40,858 nt of DNA. It comes from Rhodospirillales bacterium (GTDB lineage: Bacteria > Pseudomonadota > Alphaproteobacteria > Rhodospirillales > Casp-alpha2). A program made the position numbers and the translations under genes. Positions within the stretch are counted from its first letter, which is position 1, and every line of letters begins with the position of its first letter. Positions 1-8,889 of the stretch are shown piece by piece. The stretch lies in contig JANQIJ010000341.1 in the NCBI GenBank assembly GCA_028282185.1, positions 1-40,858 on the forward strand. Direction: 5' to 3'. Below the pieces are notes generated by a model that saw nothing but the letters and a program-made list of their open reading frames with translations, was not told where the DNA came from and ran no database searches.

Positions 1-999
1 GAGGTCGATCTTTCCGACAACCCGGAAAGTGTCCCCTGCGGCCTGAACCTGTCGGAAGCCTCGGCCACGTCGGGCGTGATGAACGGCATTTTCAACTGCA
101 TTCAGGAATCCATCCCCCATAATTCCGGCGCCTTCCGGCCGGTGAAGATCAGGTTCGGCGAGAACTGCGTTCTCGGCGCGCCGAAGTTCCCCCATTCCTG
201 CTCCGTGTCGACGACCAACATCGCCGACCGTCTCGTCAACATGACGCAAAGCGCGTTCGCGGGGCTGGAGGAAGGGGCCGGTTTGGCCGAGGGCGGTTGC
301 GGCCTGGGGGTCGGCATGGCGGTTGTTTCGGGCCACGACCGGCGGCGCGACGGGCGCTATGTCAACCGATTGATGGCAACCACGAACGGCGGCCCGGCCG
401 GGCCCAAGGCCGACGGCTGGGTCACCTTCGCGATCCCGGTCATCGCCGGCCTGATGTATCGGGATTCCGTCGAAGTGGACGAATTGAAGTACCCCATCCA
501 TATCAAGTCCATGCGCCTGGTTCCAGGGTCCGGCGGTGCCGGAAAATACCGCGGCGCGCCCAACCAACAGGTCATCTACGGGCCCAGGTTCGATGATATC
601 ACCGCCGTTATCCCCTGTGACGGGCAGGTTCACCCGGCGCGGGGTGTCGCCGGGGGGCACGACGGCCGTCCCGGCGCGTCCCACCATATCAAGGCGGACG
701 GGACCGAGGTCAAGCTGCCCAACGTGACGACGGTCCTGGTCAAGCCGGGGGAGTGGTTGCGCGGCGACGACTCATCCGGTGGCGGCTATGGCGATCCTCT
801 TGAACGGGACCCGGAACGCGTGCGCAAGGACATGTTGGAAGGCTGGGAAACGGCCGAGCGGGCGACGAATGTCTACGGCGTCGTCTTTAAGCAGGCCGAC
901 GACCCATCCGCCAACGGGGAAGAAAAATTCATCATCGATGAAGACGCCACCAAAGCCCGCAGGTCTGAATTGTCCGGTCAAAGGCCCGATGTCGTTTAG
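1..999 (+). CDS. Hydantoinase B/oxoprolinase family protein (N-terminally truncated by the window edge)
   Basis: Frame is open from base 1 (EVDLSDNP...). Family motifs seen: IPHNSGAFRPV, NGGPAGPKADG, SVEVDELKYP, SGGAGKYRG, SSGGGYGDPLERDPERVRKD. Confidence 0.9.
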   Translation, partial: EVDLSDNPESVPCGLNLSEASATSGVMNGIFNCIQESIPHNSGAFRPVKIRFGENCVLGAPKFPHSCSVSTTNIADRLVNMTQSAFAGLEEGAGLAEGGCGLGVGMAVVSGHDRRRDGRYVNRLMATTNGGPAGPKADGWVTFAIPVIAGLMYRDSVEVDELKYPIHIKSMRLVPGSGGAGKYRGAPNQQVIYGPRFDDITAVIPCDGQVHPARGVAGGHDGRPGASHHIKADGTEVKLPNVTTVLVKPGEWLRGDDSSGGGYGDPLERDPERVRKDMLEGWETAERATNVYGVVFKQADDPSANGEEKFIIDEDATKARRSELSGQRPDVV

Positions 1000-1010
1000 G
1001 CGCCGATCTC

Positions 1011-2042
1011 ATGGATAAATCATTCGGCCGCATTGACGCGTTCCCCCGGGAGCGGCTTGCCCGGACGCCGACGCCGATCGACGCGCTTCCGAGGTTAAGC
1101 GAAAAACTCGGCGGCCCGGAAATTCATATGAAACGGGATGACTGCTCGGGCCTGGCAATGGGTGGCAACAAAGCACGGTTGCTGGAATTCTATTTCGGGC
1201 AGGCACGGAAGAAAAAAGCCGACACCGTCTTGATTACCGGATCGGTCCAATCCAATTACGCCTGCATGGCCGCCGCCGCCGCCCGCCGAATGGGCATGGC
1301 CTGTCATATTCAACTCGAAGAACGGGTGCCCGATGTCGATGCCGTCTACAGGACTTCGGGCAATGTTCTCTTGGGAAAACTGTTCGGCGCGACGATTCAT
1401 ACCTATCCGGACGGCGAGGACGAGGAGGGCGCCGACAACCGGTTGCATGAGATCGCCGAAGACCTGCGGAAAAAGGGTGCCTCTCCCTATGTTATTCCAC
1501 TGGGGCCCGACAACCCGCCGTTGGGGGCCTTGGGTTACGTATTGGCGGCACGCGAGATCTGCCGGCAAATCGATGACGCAAACCTGCGGATCGACGAAAC
1601 CATCCTGACGTCCGGCAGCGGCCTGACGCATATCGGATTGCTGTTCGGGTTGCGGGCGCTTGGCCGGGACATGCGCGTCACTGGCGTCTGCGTCCGTCGG
1701 CCGGCCGCCGTACAGGCCCGCCGATTGATCGATTTGGCCGGCCGCCTGTCGGACATGCTCGGCCTGCCGCCCTTGGTCGGGGCCGGGGACATTCATCTGA
1801 CCGACGCCGTGCTGGCCCCCGGCTATGGACAGCACAACGATGACGTTCTGGACGCCGTTCGATTGATCGCGCGGACCGAGGGCATTCTGGTTGACCCGGT
1901 CTACACGGGCAGGTTGGTGGCGGGAATGGTTCGGCGGCTTGCCGGTGATGACCGGCCCCCCGATGGGCTCATGATGCTTCACACCGGCGGTCTGCCCATC
2001 CTGTTTGCCTACCAGGCCCTTATTGAGGAAACGGAGCGCTGA
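1011..2042 (+). CDS. D-cysteine desulfhydrase / L-cysteate sulfo-lyase family PLP enzyme
   Basis: Motifs [26 protein letters not shown] (PLP Lys), [29 protein letters not shown]. Thr rather than Glu in DPVY[T/E] argues against ACC deaminase. Confidence 0.85.
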   Translation: MDKSFGRIDAFPRERLARTPTPIDALPRLSEKLGGPEIHMKRDDCSGLAMGGNKARLLEFYFGQARKKKADTVLITGSVQSNYACMAAAAARRMGMACHIQLEERVPDVDAVYRTSGNVLLGKLFGATIHTYPDGEDEEGADNRLHEIAEDLRKKGASPYVIPLGPDNPPLGALGYVLAAREICRQIDDANLRIDETILTSGSGLTHIGLLFGLRALGRDMRVTGVCVRRPAAVQARRLIDLAGRLSDMLGLPPLVGAGDIHLTDAVLAPGYGQHNDDVLDAVRLIARTEGILVDPVYTGRLVAGMVRRLAGDDRPPDGLMMLHTGGLPILFAYQALIEETER

Positions 2043-2094
2043 CAGCCGAAAACCGGACGGTTCATGCCGTTCCTTTGAGCGTAGCGATCAACGA

Positions 2095-3591
2095 ATGGAA
2101 ACGAAGATGTTTGACGAGTTGACGACGGAAGTGATTGACGAGGCCGTATACGACCGCGCCGTCGCCCATTTTCGCGACCTCAAGGTCCGGCTGCCGCGCA
2201 TGTCCGAACTGGCGAATCCGCCGGGGCTGTTGGCCGGGTTCGACGAAACCCTGGCGGACATCGATCCGGACGCCGCCGATCCCATGAACCTGTTCCGTGT
2301 CCATTGGTTCAACGATGCCGACCGACGGGGACGCGTTGATGTGCCGGCGCATTTGGTCCTGCCGCCCGAGTTGACCGGAACGGAGGCGAAGATCATCGTC
2401 GTGCTGGGGGCCAGGTTTCCGATGATCCGCGCGCACAAGGTTCTGGCGGCATACGGCTGTTTGATCCCGAAACTGATGAGCGGACGGTTCGATCCCGAAG
2501 CCAACCGCGCCGTCTGGCCGTCAACGGGAAATTACTGTCGCGGGGGCGTGGCGATTTCAAAAATCCTGGGGTGCCGCGGGGTGGCCGTCCTGCCCGAGGG
2601 CATGAGCCGGGAACGGTTTGACTGGCTCAGCGAATGGGTCGCCGATCCCGCCGACATCGTTCGGACGCCGGGCACCGAGAGCAACGTGAAGGAAATCTAT
2701 GACGCCTGCGCCGAGCTGGCGCGCGACCGGTCGAACGTAATCCTCAATCAGTTCAGCGAATTCGGGAATTACCTGGCCCATCGGCTGGTGACGGGCCCGG
2801 CGCTGGAAACCGTCTTCCGCGCCGTCAAGGGTGACGGCCCCTTGGACTTGGCCGCTTACGTCGCGGGAACGGGTTCCGCCGGCACCCTGGCCGCGGGCGA
2901 TTACCTGAAGGAAAGACACGGCAGTCGCATCTGTGCCGTCGAGGCCCTTGAATGCCCGACCATGCTCTACAACGGTTTCGGCGAACACAACATCCAAGGC
3001 ATCGGCGACAAGCACGTTCCGCTTATTCAGAATGTCATGAACATGGATTTCGTCGCCGGTGTATCGGATGCCGGGCCCGATATGCTGAACATGCTGTTCA
3101 ACACGGATACGGGCATGTCTTACCTGGTCGGTCGCCGGGGCCTTTCCGAGGATTTGGTGCGGGATCTGAGAGATATGGGCCTGTCCGGCATCGCCAACGC
3201 CCTTTCGGCGGCCAAGCTGGCCAGGTATCTCGGGCTCGGCGCGCGCGACGCGATCATCACCGTGGCCACCGATGGCGCCGAGCTCTATGAGACCGAACTT
3301 GATAAAGCGTCCGAGAAGTATTTCGACGGACGATTCGATGAGATCGCCGCCGCCGAGACCTTCGGGCGCCATATTCTTGGACTGGGAACGGATCATCTTC
3401 TTGAATTAAACAAGGCCGGCCGCGATCGTGTTTTCAACCTCGGCTATTACACTTGGGTTGAACAGCAAGGGGTCGGTCTCGATGCGTTCGAGACGCGTCG
3501 AAGCCAGGACTTCTGGAATGGACTGGTCGACTATGCCCAAGGTTGGGATGAAAGGATCGAGCAATTCAACCGCCAGTCCGGTTGGAACTAG
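2095..3591 (+). CDS. Large fold-type II PLP-dependent enzyme (tryptophan synthase beta / cysteine synthase superfamily), substrate unknown
   Basis: Motifs AHKVLAA (PLP Lys), [30 protein letters not shown]. Start placed at ATG 2095 (alternative ATG 2107) rather than TTG 2005, which overlaps the upstream gene. Confidence 0.8.
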   Translation: METKMFDELTTEVIDEAVYDRAVAHFRDLKVRLPRMSELANPPGLLAGFDETLADIDPDAADPMNLFRVHWFNDADRRGRVDVPAHLVLPPELTGTEAKIIVVLGARFPMIRAHKVLAAYGCLIPKLMSGRFDPEANRAVWPSTGNYCRGGVAISKILGCRGVAVLPEGMSRERFDWLSEWVADPADIVRTPGTESNVKEIYDACAELARDRSNVILNQFSEFGNYLAHRLVTGPALETVFRAVKGDGPLDLAAYVAGTGSAGTLAAGDYLKERHGSRICAVEALECPTMLYNGFGEHNIQGIGDKHVPLIQNVMNMDFVAGVSDAGPDMLNMLFNTDTGMSYLVGRRGLSEDLVRDLRDMGLSGIANALSAAKLARYLGLGARDAIITVATDGAELYETELDKASEKYFDGRFDEIAAAETFGRHILGLGTDHLLELNKAGRDRVFNLGYYTWVEQQGVGLDAFETRRSQDFWNGLVDYAQGWDERIEQFNRQSGWN

Positions 3592-3626
3592 AGCGTGACA
3601 TGCTCTAACACCCTTCCGGGTCGGCC

Positions 3627-4721
3627 TCAATCGACGCGATAGTCGGCAATCACGTCCGGATCGGGGTCGAGCCCGAGACCCGGGCCGGTGGGCAGCTTGA
3701 TTTTGCCGTCGACCGGCAAGGTCGCGCCGTCATAAAGCTCGGCCTCGAAATCGCAAAACAGCCGCTCCAGGATCGGCGTTGTCCGCCGCGCGGCGTTGAT
3801 GTGCATGGTCGCGACCTGGCCCGGCCCGAACAGCGCGCAATGGGGGACGAACCGAATGCCCGCGCCCTCGCACAAGGCCGCGATCTTCATCAGTTCGGTG
3901 ACGCCGCCGGTTTTTGCCACATCGGGTTGCGCGATGTCGATGGCGCCGGCGTCGATCATCGCCATGAAATCGTGCAGGCCTCCCTGGTTTTCACCGGCGG
4001 CGATGGGATGGTTGCCCTGTGCCCGGACCCGGGCGAGACCGCGGTAGTTTTCCGGCGGCCAGACCGGTTCCTCGAACCAGGCGAGGCCGAGATCGGCCAG
4101 CCGGGCGTCCATGTCCATGGCCTCTTCGACCGGCCAAGGGCAGTTGGTGTCCAGGGTCACTTCGGCGTCGCCCGCGGCGGCGCAGGCGGCGCGGATTTCA
4201 GGTTCGCCCACTTCATGTAGCTTGATGTGGCGGTAGCCGCGCTCCAGGCATCGGCCGACGGCCGCCGTGACGTCGTCGATGTTGTGGTAGCACATCAGAC
4301 TGGCATAGACGTCGAGCGTATTCGTGAACGCCCCGCCCAATAGGTCGACAAGCGGCCGGCCGGCGGCCTTGCCCGCGATGTCCCAAAGCGCCGTATCGAC
4401 GGCGGAAATGCCGTACATGATGGGTCCGATGCGCCCGAAGTTCTGAAGGTTGAATTCAAGGTCGTGTTTGATCTTCGCGATCTCACGGGCGTCGCGGCCG
4501 ACCACCAGGGGAAGAACCCGCGTCTCGATCATCATGGCGAGAGACCGGTCTTCGTTTCGCGAAAAGGCTTCTCCCCAGCCCACGTGGCCGTCTTCGGTTT
4601 CGAGGCGGACCAGCAGGGTATCGAACGCAAGCTTGGGCTTGCCGCCGAAACTCCAGGGGGGAATACCGCCCGCGTCGAAGGGAATCGAGATCAAAATGGT
4701 ATCGGCCTTGACGATTTTCAT
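3627..4721 (-). CDS. Mandelate racemase / muconate lactonizing enzyme family protein (enolase superfamily)
   Basis: Motifs LVRLETEDGHVGWGEA, SAVDTALWDIAGK..G.PL..LLGG, IKLH, LDTN, WFEEP, AAGEN, QPDVAKTGG, PTGPGLG. Start at ATG 4721 (MKIVKADT). Confidence 0.9.
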   Translation of the reverse strand: MKIVKADTILISIPFDAGGIPPWSFGGKPKLAFDTLLVRLETEDGHVGWGEAFSRNEDRSLAMMIETRVLPLVVGRDAREIAKIKHDLEFNLQNFGRIGPIMYGISAVDTALWDIAGKAAGRPLVDLLGGAFTNTLDVYASLMCYHNIDDVTAAVGRCLERGYRHIKLHEVGEPEIRAACAAAGDAEVTLDTNCPWPVEEAMDMDARLADLGLAWFEEPVWPPENYRGLARVRAQGNHPIAAGENQGGLHDFMAMIDAGAIDIAQPDVAKTGGVTELMKIAALCEGAGIRFVPHCALFGPGQVATMHINAARRTTPILERLFCDFEAELYDGATLPVDGKIKLPTGPGLGLDPDPDVIADYRVD

Positions 4722-4830
4722 CGGTCGGTTCTTTTTTGTCCCGCTTAAGGACAATTCGGCTTGATGTCCCGTTCCCGCGCCAGCGAGACTGAATGATGAA
4801 ATTATACGCCCCCCTTTCGTCAATCCGGAC

Positions 4831-4846
4831 ATTAAAATCATTTAAT
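4831..4846. promoter_or_regulatory. AT-rich palindrome upstream of the mandelate-racemase-family gene, possible regulator operator
   Basis: ATTAAA-atca-TTTAAT is a perfect 6-4-6 inverted repeat about 110 nt upstream of the ATG at 4721. Confidence 0.35.
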
Positions 4847-4892
4847 AAACTGAATTACTTATGTTTATGGTCTTCGGATCAGGGAGCGGCGA

Positions 4893-5192
4893 TTGTGGGC
4901 CAGCCAAAGGCCAAAAGTAGACGCTCCCTTTTCTAGCCATATCGGCGGCTATTGGTGCAGCGCGGACGATGGTTGCTCCATCCTGAACTTATGCATCGCG
5001 CCTGCGCGCGCCGGGCAAGGTAGCCGGGTGCGATTGGCCGCCTGCGGGTCCAGGGAGACGCTGTTCACCGCTTATGGCGACGGCACGTTGCGGCATGGGA
5101 CGACGAACGCCGATGTTTCACTGGGCAACTGCGCCGGCAAGACCGGCCGCCAAGATCAGAACTGGCGGTTCCGCCAAGTGCCGACGCAGTGA
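4893..5192 (+). pseudogene. Probable remnant of a ricin-type beta-trefoil lectin domain
   Basis: LCIAPARAGQGSRVRLAACG...DGTLRH...VSLGNC...QNWRF resembles the C-I...V-x-L-x-x-C...Q-x-W ricin-B repeat. The second repeat seems to lack its first strand, and no convincing start/RBS is visible. Confidence 0.4.
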
Positions 5193-5451
5193 TTGGCATC
5201 TGTCGGCCCCCGCATCGCTGCGTGCGGGCCGGGGGGAACCTCAGGCGGGAAACGGGAAAACGCATCCGAGAAAACGGAATTAGAATCGTAATTGAAAAAC
5301 AGGTAAAAAGAGTTTTTTGAGAAAAATATACGCTCTAAAGAAATCATCACCATGGAGCGAGAACCGATGATGCACTGACATTCAAAATGGACCAGTCAAT
5401 GGGGACAGGTCGCCTCTTGGTTCTGCCTCTCTACGGAAGAAGACCGGCACC

Positions 5452-7035
5452 CTATTTCAAGCTGGCACTGAGTTCTGCAATCACCCGCATGATTTCATCG
5501 CGGCGCAGGTAGGGGTGCATCGGCAGTGACAAGAGTTCCGAGGCCGCCTGATCAGCGATATGAAATCGGTTCTTGCCGCCGTACCTTTCTTGATAGATCG
5601 GCTGCCGGTGGATCGGGACAGGATAGTGGATGTTCGTCTCGATCCCCTTCGATTTTAGCCAATGCATGCAGTGGTGGCGCCGTCCGTCAAGTATCCGGAC
5701 GGGAAACACATGCCAGGCCGAGAACGTGCCGGCACCCGAAGGGACCTTTGGCAGCTCCAAGCCCGGGAGGGCTTCCAATCCGCGCAGATAGGTTTCCGCC
5801 AATTTCCGGCGCCGCGCGTTCCAGGATTCGAGGTGGGGCAATTTCTCCTGAAGCACGGCGGCCTGCAATGGGTCCAAGCGCGAGTTGTTGCCCCTATGTT
5901 CATGACGGTACTTCTCTCGCGATCCGTAATTCCCAAGCGCGCGGACCTTGTCCGCAAGGTTCACGTCGCGCGTGACGACCATGCCGCCGTCCCCCATGCC
6001 ACCTAGGTTCTTGGTCGGATAGAAGCTGAACGCTGCGGCATGGCCGAGAGCGCCCGCGCGAGTTCCCGCATAGGCCGCGCCGTGGGCCTGACAGGCATCT
6101 TCCAGGACCTTCAAGCCGTGTGCCCCGGCCAACGCCATGAGCGCGGGCACATCGACGGGATGGCCGAACAGGTGCACGGGAATGACGGCGCGGGTCCTTG
6201 GTGTGATCGCCTTGACCAGGTTGTCGCGCGAAAGCAGGAGTGTTCCAGGTTCCGGGTCGACAAGGACCGGTGTCGCGCCAACCTTGTCGACCGCCAAAGC
6301 CGTCGCGGAAAATGAGTTGGTTGGAAGAACCACCTCATCGCCGGCACCGATATCCCAAGCCTGAAGCGTCAGGGCAATAGCGTCCAGGCCATTGCCGCAG
6401 CCGACCCCATGTTCGACGCCGCAATAATCCGCGAAGGCCGTCTCGAAGGTTTCGACGACGGGACCGCCGATGTAATGCCCGGATCGCGCAACCTCGTTCA
6501 TGGCGCGCATGATCGGCAACTCCAAGTCCCGGTAGGGCCGCTCCAAGGGAAGATAGGGAATTCCGTCGTCCGGCCGGGCGTCCGTCAACCAAGTCCGGAA
6601 TTCCTCGTAGTCTCTTATGTAGTCGTCCTCGTCGTACTCATGGGACGAGAAGACAGCGACGATGGTGTCGTCCGTGAATTCGTCCAGATCGCGCCAACAG
6701 CCGGCGGGCACCAAGACGCCCTGCTGTTCGTTCTTGAGGTGAAACAGGTGTTCCCCGTTCAGGTTCTCGATTCGAATGCGGACCGTCCCCTGTAAGCAGA
6801 CAAAGAACTGCCTCTGGGCTTTGTGGCAATGGCCGCCGCGGCGGTCGTCGGCATCGAGGCCGTACAGATAGTAGACGCGGCGAATGTCGAAGCCTGTGTG
6901 TTTCGAGGCCTCGACAACACCAATTCTCGCCCCTCGGGACTCGATTGTCTGGAAGCCTATGAGAGCTGGGTCTTCCGGAGAAATCTCCATGATGAGTTCA
7001 GTATCTATGTCTGCGGTCCGATCACCTTTCGACAA
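5452..7035 (-). CDS. Fusion of an FdtA/QdtA-type dTDP-4-keto-6-deoxyglucose 3,4-ketoisomerase (cupin) with an FdtB/QdtB-type DegT/DnrJ/EryC1 3-aminotransferase
   Basis: N-terminal part: FDIRRVYYLY, RGGHCHK, WRDLDEF, SHEYDEDDYIRDYEEF. C-terminal part: GNGLDAI, PVHLFG, EDACQAHGA, SFYPTKNLGGMGDGG (PLP Lys), NSRLDPLQAA, IHYPVPIH, LSLPMHP. Start is TTG 7035 or ATG 6990. Confidence 0.9.
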   Translation of the reverse strand: MSKGDRTADIDTELIMEISPEDPALIGFQTIESRGARIGVVEASKHTGFDIRRVYYLYGLDADDRRGGHCHKAQRQFFVCLQGTVRIRIENLNGEHLFHLKNEQQGVLVPAGCWRDLDEFTDDTIVAVFSSHEYDEDDYIRDYEEFRTWLTDARPDDGIPYLPLERPYRDLELPIMRAMNEVARSGHYIGGPVVETFETAFADYCGVEHGVGCGNGLDAIALTLQAWDIGAGDEVVLPTNSFSATALAVDKVGATPVLVDPEPGTLLLSRDNLVKAITPRTRAVIPVHLFGHPVDVPALMALAGAHGLKVLEDACQAHGAAYAGTRAGALGHAAAFSFYPTKNLGGMGDGGMVVTRDVNLADKVRALGNYGSREKYRHEHRGNNSRLDPLQAAVLQEKLPHLESWNARRRKLAETYLRGLEALPGLELPKVPSGAGTFSAWHVFPVRILDGRRHHCMHWLKSKGIETNIHYPVPIHRQPIYQERYGGKNRFHIADQAASELLSLPMHPYLRRDEIMRVIAELSASLK

Positions 7036-7203
7036 GGCAATTTAGTATATGTTTACAATGTGCAGTCATGCTATCGGGAGACACGCATTGGCCACCTTGC
7101 ATGGGGGGCATTAGTTCCGGCCAATCGCACCACGCTTCGCGCTGATTTTCAAGGTACGCGGGGCCATACGCTCCCCATAGGTGCAGTCGCGACAGACTTG
7201 AGC

Positions 7204-8889
7204 ATGGGCCAAGCGGAACATTTTCTAGAGATTCTAAAAACGCGGGACTCCCAGCGGATTGAACAGTGGTTCAATGACGTCATGGAGTGTCCGGACAAGG
7301 AACTCGTCGCAACCGGTATCGAATTGGCCAGTATTGGCCTCTCGAAGACCGCGCTCGACGTCCTTATCGGGGCCTATAAGCGCGGTTGCAGCATGGACGC
7401 GACGGTTTTTGTCGTCGCCAAACTCTGCATCTTCGGGTTTTACCGGGCCGAGTACCGGGCGCGGGAGGTCTTGGGCTTTCGGCCATCACTTTTCGGCGCC
7501 CCCGGACAACTTGACCTCGATTTCGATACCGACATCGCACCCTTGTTCGCGTTCCTGGAAGAAAACATGGAGGCCATCAAAGGCCACGAAGTGCTGCGGG
7601 ACGCGTTTCTTGTCATGGCGGCCTATTTCGGGCGTTTCGATCTGATCGGCAAATTCATCGGCACGCTCACTGTGGACCAGTTGTGCTCCTATTCGGTGAT
7701 CTTCTTCCGGTGCTACCTGCCCTTGCGGCAAGGAGACCTTGAAGGCGCCGTCACCAACCTGCGGGATTACTTTCAAGCCCCCGCATTACCGGCAGCCTAC
7801 CCACTGAAAGAGGCAGCGGCGTTGCCGGAGTACCGGCAATTCGCACCTGCGGAGGACATCCGGTTTGAGGTTTCCTGCATCTACCTGGGAAAGAACCACA
7901 TCTTCCATCTGCCTGCCAAGGTTCCACAATGTGGGGAATTTCGCCGCGAGGAACCCGTAACCGTCCTAAACCGCGACGGAGTTCTCCTTGTTGATGATGC
8001 CGTCCTAAGCGACTCCATGCCGCGTTTCACGGACGAGATGACCATGCTGAACTCCACGCAGGGGCTGCAGCTTGACGGGATCTATTGCCTCGCCGGCGGG
8101 CACGTCGTCCTGTCCCTGCATGAGCCGGAAGCGGTTGAGAAAATACCCGGCCTCTGCGTTCCGATCGATTTCAGTGAAACCCATAATTTTGCCCACTTTT
8201 ACCTGGGCGTTATGCCGCGCGTTCTATATGCGGCGGAACAACTGTCCGGTCAGGACTACAAGTTCGTGTTTTCCCACGATCTAACCGGATGGCAGAAACA
8301 ACTCCTGGCGTTTTACGGCATTGATGAAGCTCTGGTCCACATATGCGCCAGGCCGATCAAGGAATTGGAAAAGGTCTATTATCCCGTCTTGTCCAACTTC
8401 GTGTATTTCTCGAAACTTTCCCTGGAATTTCTCAAGTCACGCGGACCGGACCTTCCGCGGAACAACGGCTCACAAGGAAGAAAGATCTACATCTTGCGCA
8501 AGAACCAGAGCCTGAAAGTCCTGTTGAACGAGCAAGCGCTTGTTGAACGGCTGACGGAAGAGGGGTTCGAGGTCATCGCGCCGGAGACGTTGAGCATTGA
8601 AGACCAGGCAAACCTTTTTGCCGGCGCCGACGTGATTGTCGGTTTCAACGGCGGGGCTTTCGCGAATGCCGTCCATTGCAGGCAAGGCACGAAGATCATC
8701 CCGCTGTTCTATGACGGCGAACCCGGGGGCTACTACTTTTACATGTTTCATTTGCTTGGCTTGCCCTATTGTTCCGTCGCCTGCCGGGTCAGTCCCCAAG
8801 CGAGCGTCCCGCGTCAAGAATGGGAGGGAGAGGTCGATCCCGAAGACGTCATTTCGGCGATCGATTTCCTGAACCGGGATGAAGATTGA
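7204..8889 (+). CDS. Glycosyltransferase family 61 (DUF563) protein with a helical N-terminal extension
   Basis: Motifs NFAHFYLGVMPR, KIYILRK..LLNEQAL, GFEVIAPETLSIEDQANLFAGADVIVGFNGGAFANAVHC. Start moved to ATG 7204 because the longer ORF overlaps the divergent gene. Confidence 0.8.
   Translation: MGQAEHFLEILKTRDSQRIEQWFNDVMECPDKELVATGIELASIGLSKTALDVLIGAYKRGCSMDATVFVVAKLCIFGFYRAEYRAREVLGFRPSLFGAPGQLDLDFDTDIAPLFAFLEENMEAIKGHEVLRDAFLVMAAYFGRFDLIGKFIGTLTVDQLCSYSVIFFRCYLPLRQGDLEGAVTNLRDYFQAPALPAAYPLKEAAALPEYRQFAPAEDIRFEVSCIYLGKNHIFHLPAKVPQCGEFRREEPVTVLNRDGVLLVDDAVLSDSMPRFTDEMTMLNSTQGLQLDGIYCLAGGHVVLSLHEPEAVEKIPGLCVPIDFSETHNFAHFYLGVMPRVLYAAEQLSGQDYKFVFSHDLTGWQKQLLAFYGIDEALVHICARPIKELEKVYYPVLSNFVYFSKLSLEFLKSRGPDLPRNNGSQGRKIYILRKNQSLKVLLNEQALVERLTEEGFEVIAPETLSIEDQANLFAGADVIVGFNGGAFANAVHCRQGTKIIPLFYDGEPGGYYFYMFHLLGLPYCSVACRVSPQASVPRQEWEGEVDPEDVISAIDFLNRDED

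Noticed and set aside
1011-2042. ACC deaminase (acdS) assignment
   Set aside because: DPVYTG has Thr where true ACC deaminases have Glu (DPVYEG), which fits the D-cysteine desulfhydrase-like branch.
3589-3607. TAGAGCG-tgaca-TGCTCTA hairpin between convergent genes as a terminator or repeat element
   Set aside because: The stem is short, there is no U-tract, and no clear second full copy occurs in the window.
4801-4823. Minus-strand TTGACG...TATAAT as a sigma70 promoter
   Set aside because: The spacer is only 11 nt, far from the 16-18 nt required.
6823-7203. N-terminal extension of the GT61 ORF as listed in the ORF track
   Set aside because: It overlaps the divergent isomerase-aminotransferase gene and its promoter region; ATG 7204 is more plausible.
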